DNA from: Promethearchaeota archaeon
Lineage (GTDB): Archaea > Asgardarchaeota > Lokiarchaeia > Sigyniarchaeales > SOKP01
Length of the DNA: 31,614 bases
Direction of reading: 5' to 3'
Assembly: GCA_013375475.1 (NCBI GenBank)
Contig: JABXKD010000040.1
Coordinates: 1 to 31,614, forward strand
In this document: one piece after another, positions 8,203 to 17,162 of the stretch
Layout: each line of letters opens with the position of its first letter
How positions within the stretch are numbered: position 1 is the first letter of the stretch
The notes under the pieces: model-generated
Seen by the model: only the letters and a program-made list of their open reading frames with translations
Database searches by the model: none
Told to the model about the DNA's origin: nothing
Position numbers and translations under genes: made by a program

Positions 8203-9915
8203 ATGATTTTGCAAATTATCTTACCAACGTTAGAGCAAATTATTACAGAAACGATAGTTTTGATAATAGTTTTATTGATTGGATTTTCTTTTATGGGAAA
8301 ATATGCAAAGAAAAGAAATTGGGAAAATTCCTATATAGTTGCTATAGCTATTAACTTTATATGGTTTATAACTAATTTGTTTCTGGGGATATCTACTTAT
8401 CAGTTATTTAGTAACGGATTTATAATTGATTCAATTTTAGTCGTTATTAACATCTTCGTAGGAAGTATAATAGCTATAAAATTCTTGAAGACCAGCTTGA
8501 AAGAAGCACTCACACTAACAATTATTACTCAAATAGTATTGTTTGCTGTTACTTATATTTTGAATGAAATTCCTAATATAATCAGTATATTTGAAATCGA
8601 ACATCCTTTGTATGAGAGTTCAAAACTCACCTTTATCTTTTCTCTCATCATTATTGTAGCGATTATGAGTTTTATAATGAATTGGGGAGATAAAATTCAA
8701 TTAATTGAATCGAAAAACATAATACTATTATTGAGCATTTTACCGGGAATCTATTCAATAGTCTTCGCATTTACTACACTTAGGGAGGAATTTTACCTAA
8801 ATCTCGGTGAGAGCTTAATCTTAGCGTTTATAATTTCAATAATATTATCTTTAGTTTTAAAAAAAATTGCATATAGAAGTATTAAGTATGAGGAATTGAG
8901 AGAATTAGCTGTTCTCGAAAAGGGCAAACACCTATTAACTATAAAAGATCTTAAAGTGTACTATCCTCTACTCGCAGGAATGCTTAAAAGACAAGTAGGA
9001 GCTGTACAAGCAGTGAATGGCGTCTCGTTCGAGATAAAGACTGGTGAAACATTCGGTTTAGTAGGAGAAAGTGGGTGTGGTAAAACTACAATTGCAAATG
9101 CAATTTTAGGATTAGTAGAAAAGACAGATGGCGATATTTTATTTCATAACGAACCGATCCCGGATGAATTTACAGGATATTTAAGACAAAAAATACAAAT
9201 CGTGTTTCAAGACCCAGATGCGTCGCTAAACCCTCGATTTAAAATTGTAGAAACTATCGCAGAACCTTTAAAAAATATTTTGGGTATTACTGATAAGAAA
9301 CAAATAAGAAGCCATGTTCTGAAATTATTACAACAGGTGTCGTTAAAGCGAGAACATATGGATAGATATCCACACGAGTTCTCTGGTGGACAAAAACAGA
9401 GAATTATCATTGCTCGAGCATTAGCTTGTAATCCAGAGTTAATAATTTTAGATGAACCTACATCTGCTCTCGATGTATCTGTACAAGCCCAAATCCTCAA
9501 TCTTCTTAAAGATTTACAAGAAACGTACGGTTATGGATTTTTATTCATCACACATAATCTTGCCGTTGTAAATCACATTGCTGATCGTATCGGCGTTATG
9601 TATTTAGGGAAAATCGTAGAACTTGGTTCAACTGAGCAGATTTTTTTAAATCCAACTCATCCTTACACTCAAGCCCTTTTAGCATCACGATCTGAAATTG
9701 ATCCCGAAAATCAGGAAATTAGTTTTGTTATATCAGGAGAGGTTCCAAGCCCGATTAACCCTCCCTCGGGTTGTACATTTAACCCACGATGTGTTTCTGA
9801 TGCTCGCACTCTTGAATGTGAAGTTGATTTACCGCATAAAATTAAAATAGAAAAGGATCACTACATTTGGTGTGTTAACCCCCCTGTAGGCTTTACACCT
9901 CCTAATGAGGATTAA
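8203..9915 (+). CDS. dppF: DppF/OppF-like ABC ATPase fused to an N-terminal membrane domain of about 7 TM
   Basis: NBD from about nt 8932: AVNGVSF, Walker A GESGCGKT, VFQDP, YPHEFSGGQKQR, Walker B LIILDEPT, FITHN and HPYT...PSGCTFNPRC. The first 220 aa are strongly hydrophobic. Confidence 0.93.
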   Translation: MILQIILPTLEQIITETIVLIIVLLIGFSFMGKYAKKRNWENSYIVAIAINFIWFITNLFLGISTYQLFSNGFIIDSILVVINIFVGSIIAIKFLKTSLKEALTLTIITQIVLFAVTYILNEIPNIISIFEIEHPLYESSKLTFIFSLIIIVAIMSFIMNWGDKIQLIESKNIILLLSILPGIYSIVFAFTTLREEFYLNLGESLILAFIISIILSLVLKKIAYRSIKYEELRELAVLEKGKHLLTIKDLKVYYPLLAGMLKRQVGAVQAVNGVSFEIKTGETFGLVGESGCGKTTIANAILGLVEKTDGDILFHNEPIPDEFTGYLRQKIQIVFQDPDASLNPRFKIVETIAEPLKNILGITDKKQIRSHVLKLLQQVSLKREHMDRYPHEFSGGQKQRIIIARALACNPELIILDEPTSALDVSVQAQILNLLKDLQETYGYGFLFITHNLAVVNHIADRIGVMYLGKIVELGSTEQIFLNPTHPYTQALLASRSEIDPENQEISFVISGEVPSPINPPSGCTFNPRCVSDARTLECEVDLPHKIKIEKDHYIWCVNPPVGFTPPNED

Positions 9916-10006
9916 CACAAAATTATTTATAGAATCACTAGCAAAATCTACATTGTAAATCTTTAGTTTCAAATTTATATTATCAAATAAAAATAATTAT
10001 AAAAAT

Positions 10007-10013
10007 AGGAGGT
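10007..10013 (+). promoter_or_regulatory. Shine-Dalgarno AGGAGGT for the acyl-CoA ligase
   Basis: AGGAGGT 6 nt before ATG 10020. Confidence 0.7.
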
Positions 10014-10019
10014 TCTTTT

Positions 10020-11684
10020 ATGAAACTTATTAAGGGATTTCAGGATAATCCAAATTCTAATTATCAGCTTAATGTAATAAATCTTATGAAGCATGCTGTT
10101 AGGAATTATAGCAGACAGGAAATAGTAAGCAGAAATCTAGATGGAACTCTATTTCGATATACTTATTCGGATGCTTATAAGAGAATGCAACGGCTAGCCA
10201 ATTCCCTAGAAACAATTGGAATAAAAGTTGGAGATAGGATAGGGGTTATAGCATGGAATACCTACCAACATTATGAAATATACTTTGGGTTACCTGGAAT
10301 AGGCGCGGTAATGGTGTCTTTAAATTTAAAACTTGCTCCACAAGATTTAGCATATGTAATAAATCATTCTGGAATAAAATATATCATCGTAGATGAAGAT
10401 TTGATTCAAGTGGCTGAATCTGTTGTCCCCTTATGCAAAGGATTATTGGGGTATATAATTATAACTAAAAAACCTCTAAACAATGTTAAAACAATACTTA
10501 AACCTAATTATTCTTACGAAGATCTCTTGAGAGAAGCACTGCCTAATTATGAATGGCCTAATCTAGATGAGAACTCCGCTTATGCAGCTTGTTATACAAC
10601 AGGGACTACTGGTAAACCTAAGGGGATTTATTATTCACATCGAAATGTTTATTTACAAGCGATGATGTTTGCAGCGCACTTTTCAATGAGCGTAAATGAT
10701 AATGTTTTCCAATTAGTACCAATGTTTCATGTCATCGGATGGTCTAAACCTCAGGCTGCAACCTATGTAGGTGCTAAATTAATTTTCTCTGGTAAATGGA
10801 ATTTGAACGACCTTGAAGAACTAACAAATATCTTCGTTCAAGAAAAAGTTACTGCCTCCGGTGCTGTCCCTGCAGTTTTCATGGCAATGCTAGAATTTAT
10901 TAGGAAGATGAAACAAAAACCAGACTTAACAGGGACTCGTTTAATTTGTGGAGGTTCAGAACCCCCAATTGCATTGATGCGTGGTTTCTGGGACGAAACA
11001 GGAGCAGAAATAATTCACTCTTATGGTTCCACTGAACTGATGGCAATTACAACATTGAACACATTCAAACCATGGCTTGAAAAAGAGTTATCGGAGGAAG
11101 AACTATGGAACTTGAAGAAAAAGCAAGGCATTATTGTTTCAGGATTAGATGTTAAGATCGTAAATAAGGATGGAAAAGAGCTCCCTCACGACGGAAAGTC
11201 TTCTGGAGAGATTCTAATAAAAGGTCCTTGGATAGCCGAAAAATACTTCGATGCTCCAGAAACTAAAGATAATTTTACAGAGAGGGGGTATTTTAGGACA
11301 GGTGACGCAGGATGTCTTGATTCTGAAGGTTACCTTAAAATTACTGATAGGTTAAAAGATGTAATTAAAAGCGGTGGTGAGTGGATTAGTTCAATAGATA
11401 TGGAGAACTCCTTAATGTCTCACCCTAGTGTTCTTGAAGCAGCCGTGGTTGGAATATCTCATCCTAAATGGGATGAACGACCTTTAGCTTTGGTAGTTTT
11501 ACGTGAAGAATATAAATCCACCACTAAAGAAGAAATCCGTGAACACCTTGCAAAATTGTTTGCAAAGTGGCAGATACCTGAAGATATTATCTTTGAATCT
11601 AAAATCCCTAGAACGAGCGTAGGAAAACTTGATAAAAAACTCTTAAGAATAGAATATAGAGATTACTACACCAATTATAAGTAG
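10020..11684 (+). CDS. Medium/long-chain fatty acid-CoA ligase, AlkK/DmdB-like subfamily
   Basis: AMP-binding motifs YTTGTTGKPKG, PMFHV.GW, YGSTE, FRTGD, DRLKDVIKSGGEWISS, HPKWDERPLA and PRTSVGK. Confidence 0.92.
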   Translation: MKLIKGFQDNPNSNYQLNVINLMKHAVRNYSRQEIVSRNLDGTLFRYTYSDAYKRMQRLANSLETIGIKVGDRIGVIAWNTYQHYEIYFGLPGIGAVMVSLNLKLAPQDLAYVINHSGIKYIIVDEDLIQVAESVVPLCKGLLGYIIITKKPLNNVKTILKPNYSYEDLLREALPNYEWPNLDENSAYAACYTTGTTGKPKGIYYSHRNVYLQAMMFAAHFSMSVNDNVFQLVPMFHVIGWSKPQAATYVGAKLIFSGKWNLNDLEELTNIFVQEKVTASGAVPAVFMAMLEFIRKMKQKPDLTGTRLICGGSEPPIALMRGFWDETGAEIIHSYGSTELMAITTLNTFKPWLEKELSEEELWNLKKKQGIIVSGLDVKIVNKDGKELPHDGKSSGEILIKGPWIAEKYFDAPETKDNFTERGYFRTGDAGCLDSEGYLKITDRLKDVIKSGGEWISSIDMENSLMSHPSVLEAAVVGISHPKWDERPLALVVLREEYKSTTKEEIREHLAKLFAKWQIPEDIIFESKIPRTSVGKLDKKLLRIEYRDYYTNYK

Positions 11685-11825
11685 TTTAAAATCTTTAAAG
11701 ATGGCTTTTATACCATGGAAAGCCGAAGAATTTCACAACGGTTAGGGCATTTTGAAGGATATAAAAGTTCTTAAAGTATATTCGCTTATTTATTTTAATT
11801 TACATTATAGAAATGATGGGCATTT

Positions 11826-12869
11826 ATGGGTAGATTAATATCTCTTAATCGAAGAGAAATAGCTTCAAAACGCTTCAGATTTATTTTCTATGAAATACTT
11901 CCGATATTCGCAATAATTTTTATCCTTTTAGTTTTAGAATGGTATTTATTACCGCTTATAGTAGATCGATCCTCACCGTTATTCAGTATTTATTTTTACA
12001 TTATTAGAGCTTTCGCAATATTTTTAGGAATAATGCTTTTTTTATTTGTATCTCATAAACTTAAGAAAAAAAATTCACGACCTATAAAAAAAGATTTAAC
12101 GCCTCATATTGGTTTTCTAAAACTATATAAAACGACGAAGAAAAATTACACTTATCAACTCCTTTATAGTTTCTTATTGTTCTTCTTAATACTAATCCCT
12201 CTTGAATTTGTAATTGCAATTGGCTTACCCGAGACCATGCCCTTACGTGTTTTTTCAGTAGTCTTTGAATATGATGACAATTTTATATTATTTTTATTTT
12301 ACTCAATTATTATTCAATTAAGTATATCATTTTCAGAAGAAACAGTTTTCAGAGGCTTAATAGTAAAACAAGGGAGTGAACATTTTAACAAGTTATCAGC
12401 TGTAATGATATCAACTCTATACTTTACCTTTGCAGAAGTTTTTTTAAATCCCGCATATTTTTCAGTTAGTAACTATATTGTAGTCATCTGGTTTGTTAAA
12501 TCGTTTTTAATAGGTCTTGTATTATCTTTAACGATAATAAGAAGAAAGTGGTTATTACCGCTGATACTCGCAAAAACACTTTATTCTATTCTATTGAGCG
12601 TGGTTGTTCGGGATTATTTGAGAGGTAGCACTTTGATAATGCCCTTAATTATTATCTACAGCGATCTATTAATTATTAGTTTAATTATCCTTATATTACA
12701 ATTTTCTAGAGTTAAGGAGAGTTTACAAATAGGAGTAAAAATGATAAAGACTTACCTTAAAGATGATATTAAGTCAAAAGAATCTAAAGGTGATAAACTA
12801 TTTCGCATTCTTTTTGATATCCTTTCAGCTTTCTTAGTATTTCTTCTTGGGTTTTTAATTACCGTTTAG
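11826..12869 (+). CDS. CPBP (Abi/CAAX prenyl protease 2) family multipass membrane protein with degenerate catalytic motifs
   Basis: Motif 1 EETVFRG is intact. The later motifs align in spacing and hydrophobicity but lack His (YFTFAE; LLPLILAKTLYS). Confidence 0.75.
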   Translation: MGRLISLNRREIASKRFRFIFYEILPIFAIIFILLVLEWYLLPLIVDRSSPLFSIYFYIIRAFAIFLGIMLFLFVSHKLKKKNSRPIKKDLTPHIGFLKLYKTTKKNYTYQLLYSFLLFFLILIPLEFVIAIGLPETMPLRVFSVVFEYDDNFILFLFYSIIIQLSISFSEETVFRGLIVKQGSEHFNKLSAVMISTLYFTFAEVFLNPAYFSVSNYIVVIWFVKSFLIGLVLSLTIIRRKWLLPLILAKTLYSILLSVVVRDYLRGSTLIMPLIIIYSDLLIISLIILILQFSRVKESLQIGVKMIKTYLKDDIKSKESKGDKLFRILFDILSAFLVFLLGFLITV

Positions 12870-12878
12870 AAAATTAGC

Positions 12879-13889
12879 GTGATATATTTGTTCAAAAAAA
12901 CTCAATACAAATTTAAAACCTATAAATCGGACGCAGCTCCGTTTTTCTTTTATATTGAAATTTTTCCCTTTGATACATCTTTATACCTAAACCCGTATAC
13001 ATCATATCTTATAAAAACAATCGAAAGAAATCCAATTGTTCCAATTCCTATGCGTGTCGATCGCGTATTTAACGGAGAGAGCTCGGTAATCATTCGTCCA
13101 AGGGAAGTTGTTTCTTTTCAAATTTCAGAGGAACAACTCGCTGTTATTAATCCTTTTCATTTTCTTCGTTGTGGAATTAAAAATTTAATTTACTTCTCTG
13201 AAATTCGGTCTTCAGAACAATTATTTAAACATTTGTCAAGCAAAAAATTGATATCCTGGTGGGAGGCAACGAGATTCCTTTATGGCAATCTTTATAGGCT
13301 CGAAGAAGATTTCTCTGCGTTTTTAAAAGCATACTTACATACAATGGTTAAGAATTATGTTGAGGGCGAGGATCTAGTGAGCGCTGCTATCCAATACTGT
13401 GGAATTATAGAGGAAGTTTGTAAAAAAAGGATGCAACAGAATAGAATCTTAACTGAAATTGATCAAGAGCAATCTACTGTGAAAATGTATAAAAAAAAAG
13501 ACTTTACCACATATAAAAAACTTAAGAAAGCAACTGAAATTCAGTATCATCCTGAACTAATTGATATTGAAGTAATTAATTATTCCAGTAATAATTGGCC
13601 TAAAGATACAACTACTATGAATATACTAGAGAGTAGCGTAAAAAAGTACATCCCTTTATTGTTTTACGACGATTTGCAAGAATGTATGCTCCTGAATTTG
13701 AAATTCTTAGAAGAAAATGAAAAAAAAATCTTAAATCCCTCAACCTTGATTAAAAAAAATATTATAACCATAATAGACTCTAAAAATTATGACGACGATT
13801 TCAAGAATAAATATAAATGGTGGAATGCTTTTGATAGCATTAAACCAGATTTAGTCTTAAAGGAGATGCTCCAATCTTTTATAAAATGA
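12879..13889 (+). CDS. Hypothetical soluble protein
   Basis: 336-aa ORF with GTG start, 9 nt after the CPBP-like gene; protein-like composition; no family recognised. Confidence 0.8.
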   Translation: MIYLFKKTQYKFKTYKSDAAPFFFYIEIFPFDTSLYLNPYTSYLIKTIERNPIVPIPMRVDRVFNGESSVIIRPREVVSFQISEEQLAVINPFHFLRCGIKNLIYFSEIRSSEQLFKHLSSKKLISWWEATRFLYGNLYRLEEDFSAFLKAYLHTMVKNYVEGEDLVSAAIQYCGIIEEVCKKRMQQNRILTEIDQEQSTVKMYKKKDFTTYKKLKKATEIQYHPELIDIEVINYSSNNWPKDTTTMNILESSVKKYIPLLFYDDLQECMLLNLKFLEENEKKILNPSTLIKKNIITIIDSKNYDDDFKNKYKWWNAFDSIKPDLVLKEMLQSFIK

Positions 13890-13982
13890 CATCATTTCAC
13901 TCGATATTGTGATAAACATCAAAGAAATCACAAACGATTTTCCATTAAACTTCGAAGTAGTTAATTTTTTCTTAGCACTATC

Positions 13983-14759
13983 TTAATTTTTTAAAAAAAA
14001 TGCTCTATAACTTTTCTTCACTATTTCATGTCGACTAACTTTAACGCTAGAAGGTAATTCTAGATATTGATTCATTTTATCTAAATAAATTTGAACTTTA
14101 TTTTCAAATTTTATATCTAAAAAAACGGGATCTGGTAGATAACATGATCGACATGCAATCAATCCCATTATTGCATTTCCAATGGGATTAACGTGTAAAC
14201 CATCTAGCATCAATTCAGAGTAGGTGTTTTTTTCGTTTTGATACAACGCTGAAAAATACTTGTATTGATCGATAAGCGGTATTTGCCTTTCCGAACTTAT
14301 CACTCTTTTAATTTCCATATATTCTGGAAATTTTTGAAATGTTTCTGGCATTAATTCATATATTGGACAATAATAGGTTTGCAAAATTGGTAAGCAATTG
14401 ATTTTATATAATTTATCAATAATTTTTTCTAAGCTAGCTCTATAATCACCCAATGCCATTCCTGCATTGGCGTCATTACCACCTATGGTTATAAAGGTAA
14501 CTTCTGGTTTGTAATTAATAACATCACGATCGATTCTCTTTAGGAGATCTTCGACCGTTTCTCCATTAATTCCTTGATTTAGGGTGGTTACATGTCTTCC
14601 AATCCATTCCCGGAAAGAAGCTGTTAGCCAAGAGAACCAATTAAAATGACCTAAAGAGTGCCAATGAAGTTCGGTATTACTAGATCCAAAAGCAATTATA
14701 CGAATTGCTTTGTTTGGTTCTTTCTTCCAATTTCTTGTTAATTGTTTAAGTATATTCAA
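13983..14759 (-). CDS. SGNH/GDSL-family hydrolase (lipase/esterase)
   Basis: Block I FGSSNT, block II NQGING, block III IGGND and block V DGLHVN; TTG start. Confidence 0.9.
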   Translation of the reverse strand: MNILKQLTRNWKKEPNKAIRIIAFGSSNTELHWHSLGHFNWFSWLTASFREWIGRHVTTLNQGINGETVEDLLKRIDRDVINYKPEVTFITIGGNDANAGMALGDYRASLEKIIDKLYKINCLPILQTYYCPIYELMPETFQKFPEYMEIKRVISSERQIPLIDQYKYFSALYQNEKNTYSELMLDGLHVNPIGNAIMGLIACRSCYLPDPVFLDIKFENKVQIYLDKMNQYLELPSSVKVSRHEIVKKSYRAFFLKN

Positions 14760-15262
14760 CTCATTTTTCCTTCATATTTCTGTTATTCCTTTAAATATAA
14801 CAAACCTAAAAATTAAATTTTGAGTTTAGAATCCCGTTATATATTTCTTTCGTCATAAGTTCATATCCAGATAATAGTGATTCGAATTATTTAAGTAAAA
14901 ATGCAAAATGTATTAGATTAATTAAATTCAGAAAAAGGTTCGCTTAATTCATTGAATCTCTAGAATAGCTCTTCCAACTAATTTTATTAGCATTATAATT
15001 TTCCTTTCTCTTCTTACTTGATCTATAAATTATCGAATTTTTCAGTAATATAATTCAAAATAATTAATCCTAATTAATAATTTGCATTAAAATTCCAATA
15101 ACGGTTCTAGATATAATTCTTGCTTCTGCTCTTTCACATTAATCTCTTCTTACGTTCATCGTTATTTTTACAGAAAAAAAAATATAAATCAACATTGTAC
15201 ATTCTAAATCTTGAAGAAATAAATATTCTATTAAAAAGAAGCTATAAAACAAGAGATTTAAG

Positions 15263-16198
15263 GTGAAAAAAATCGCTAATAAATTAATGTCTATGAAAGA
15301 AGCTATAAGAAAGTATGTAAATGATGAGGAGATGGTCTTTTTAAGTGGTTTTGGTAATGGAGTCGCATACTCTGCCGCTCACGAAATCATTAGGCAGAAG
15401 AAGAGGAAACTCAAAATTTGTAAATGTAGTGGAGGTATTTTATTTGATCAATTGATAGGTGCCGGGGTTACAAATCAAATAATAACATCTCATTGCTGGA
15501 ACGGACTCGGCCCCCAACCCGCTTGGAACTATAAACGCGCTATGGAAGAACAAATTCCAGAAAGAGTAATTTACAACGAACAATCGCTATTTATGATTAA
15601 TATGTCGTTCTTTGCAGGTTATATGGGCATCCCTTTTGTACCTATTAGGTCACTTGGAGGGACTAGCATTATAGAACACCCAAAAGAAGTGGGAATAAAG
15701 GCCGCTAAAGTTGAATGTCCATTTACTGGACAAAAAATTAGCGTCGTACCTGCGATAAATCCAGATGTAGGAATAGTTCGAGTACAAAGATCAGATCCTG
15801 AAGGAAATGCTCAAATGTGGGGGTTTATTGGAGATACTAAATATGGAATCAATGCTTGTAAAAAGATAATTGTGGCTGCAGAAGAGATTGTAGATAAAAA
15901 TGTTATCATGGAATCCCCAGAACGCACTATAGTAACCTCACATAAGGTCGATGCTGTTGTACACGAGCCATGGGGGGGACATCCTGGGAGTATGCAAGGG
16001 TTTTATTACCCCGATTTAGAATATACCTTCAATTACGCGAAAGAAACAAAAACAATTGAAGACTGGGAGAATTGGCTGGAAAAGTGGGTTACGGGAGTAA
16101 ATGATAGAGAAGAATATTTAAAAGTGTTAGGAGAAAAAAGAATAATAAAGTTAAAAGCAAAAAGCATAATACAAGGAGCTGTTGATTATGGATTCTGA
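15263..16198 (+). CDS. gctA: Family I CoA-transferase subunit A (glutaconate CoA-transferase-like)
   Basis: AAHEIIRQ, DQLIGAG, AGYMGIPFVP.RSLGGT, CPFTG, VPAINPDV...VQRSDPEGN and VVHEPWGGHP. Confidence 0.85.
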   Translation: MKKIANKLMSMKEAIRKYVNDEEMVFLSGFGNGVAYSAAHEIIRQKKRKLKICKCSGGILFDQLIGAGVTNQIITSHCWNGLGPQPAWNYKRAMEEQIPERVIYNEQSLFMINMSFFAGYMGIPFVPIRSLGGTSIIEHPKEVGIKAAKVECPFTGQKISVVPAINPDVGIVRVQRSDPEGNAQMWGFIGDTKYGINACKKIIVAAEEIVDKNVIMESPERTIVTSHKVDAVVHEPWGGHPGSMQGFYYPDLEYTFNYAKETKTIEDWENWLEKWVTGVNDREEYLKVLGEKRIIKLKAKSIIQGAVDYGF

Positions 16199-17042
16199 AG
16201 AAGAAAAAAATTATTGTACTGAATACACAGGCTTTGAGATGATGTTAATATCAGCGAGTAGGCAAATTAAAAAAAATGATATTATCTTTAACGCTTTTCA
16301 TTGGCCATTTCTCGTGGTTCATATAGCAAGATTACTGCACTTTCCTGATCTATACAATTTAATAGAAATAGGTATAACTCAAGACAAACTCATTGAGCCT
16401 ACCAAAATGCCATTTTCTATTAGTGATCCAATTTTGGTTCCTAACTCATTATTCATAGGTGATTCTATTGACACTTTGGCCGTACTCCAACGAGGTGAAA
16501 TAACTTTAGCGTTTCTAAGTAGTTCTATTATTGATAAGTATGGAAATTGCAATACTACTGTAATTGGACCTTACGAGAAACCAATTTATCGTTTACCAGG
16601 CGGAGGGGGCGCTACCGAAATTGCAGGATTATCAAAACGATTAGTCTGGCTTTTAGACGAGCATACTAAACGAAGGTTCCAAAATAAATTAGAATTTATA
16701 ACTGATCCAGGATATTTAGTGGGATATGATAGTAGAGTAAAAGCAGGATATCCTCCAGATACAGGTCCGGAATTAATTATTACACCGCTTTGCATTATGC
16801 GATTTGATCTCGAGACTAAAGAAGCGTATTTGGATGCGTTACACCCAAATATAACGATAGAACAGGTGAAAGAAAACACAGCATGGGACTTAAAAGTGGC
16901 GGACGATATAAAGCAAATTGAACCCCCAACAATCAGGGAAATCGAAGCTTGTAGAAAAACCATGAAAGACGCAATTGAGCAATATTACATATTAAAGCCA
17001 GAATGGACAACTTATTTGGATAAATCATCTTTAAAGCTTTAA
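16188..17042 (+). CDS. gctB: Family I CoA-transferase subunit B (glutaconate CoA-transferase-like)
   Basis: Catalytic Glu in LIEIG, IDKYGNCNTTVIG.Y..P..RLPGGGGA and FITDPG. ATG 16188 lies 9 nt after AGGAG and overlaps the end of subunit A. Confidence 0.85.
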   Translation: MDSEEEKNYCTEYTGFEMMLISASRQIKKNDIIFNAFHWPFLVVHIARLLHFPDLYNLIEIGITQDKLIEPTKMPFSISDPILVPNSLFIGDSIDTLAVLQRGEITLAFLSSSIIDKYGNCNTTVIGPYEKPIYRLPGGGGATEIAGLSKRLVWLLDEHTKRRFQNKLEFITDPGYLVGYDSRVKAGYPPDTGPELIITPLCIMRFDLETKEAYLDALHPNITIEQVKENTAWDLKVADDIKQIEPPTIREIEACRKTMKDAIEQYYILKPEWTTYLDKSSLKL

Positions 17043-17162
17043 TGATAATTTGATCCAAAATTAAAAAAACTATTTTAATAAGAATATTACTTTTACTTAG
17101 TTAAATTTGATAAATTAGAAAAAGAAACTAAAAAGTTAAGAAAAATAGAATGGTATTGAATC

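Noticed and set aside
6202-9915. TM-NBD fusions read as ABC exporter half-transporters or permease-ATPase fusions
   Set aside because: The NBDs are clearly DppD/F type (YPHE.SGG, HPYT, Cys tail), separate DppB/C genes exist, and the extensions lack EAA loops and long exporter helices.
11691-11760. Fluoride riboswitch resemblance (TAACCG...CGGCT on the minus strand)
   Set aside because: Lacks the GATG and TGATGAC cores and has no downstream gene on that strand.
13886-13964. Possible selenocysteine readthrough of TGA 13887 with an ATGA...GA SECIS-like core
   Set aside because: No convincing stem or apical AA, the core overlaps the stop itself, and the 24-aa extension does not look conserved or redox-like.
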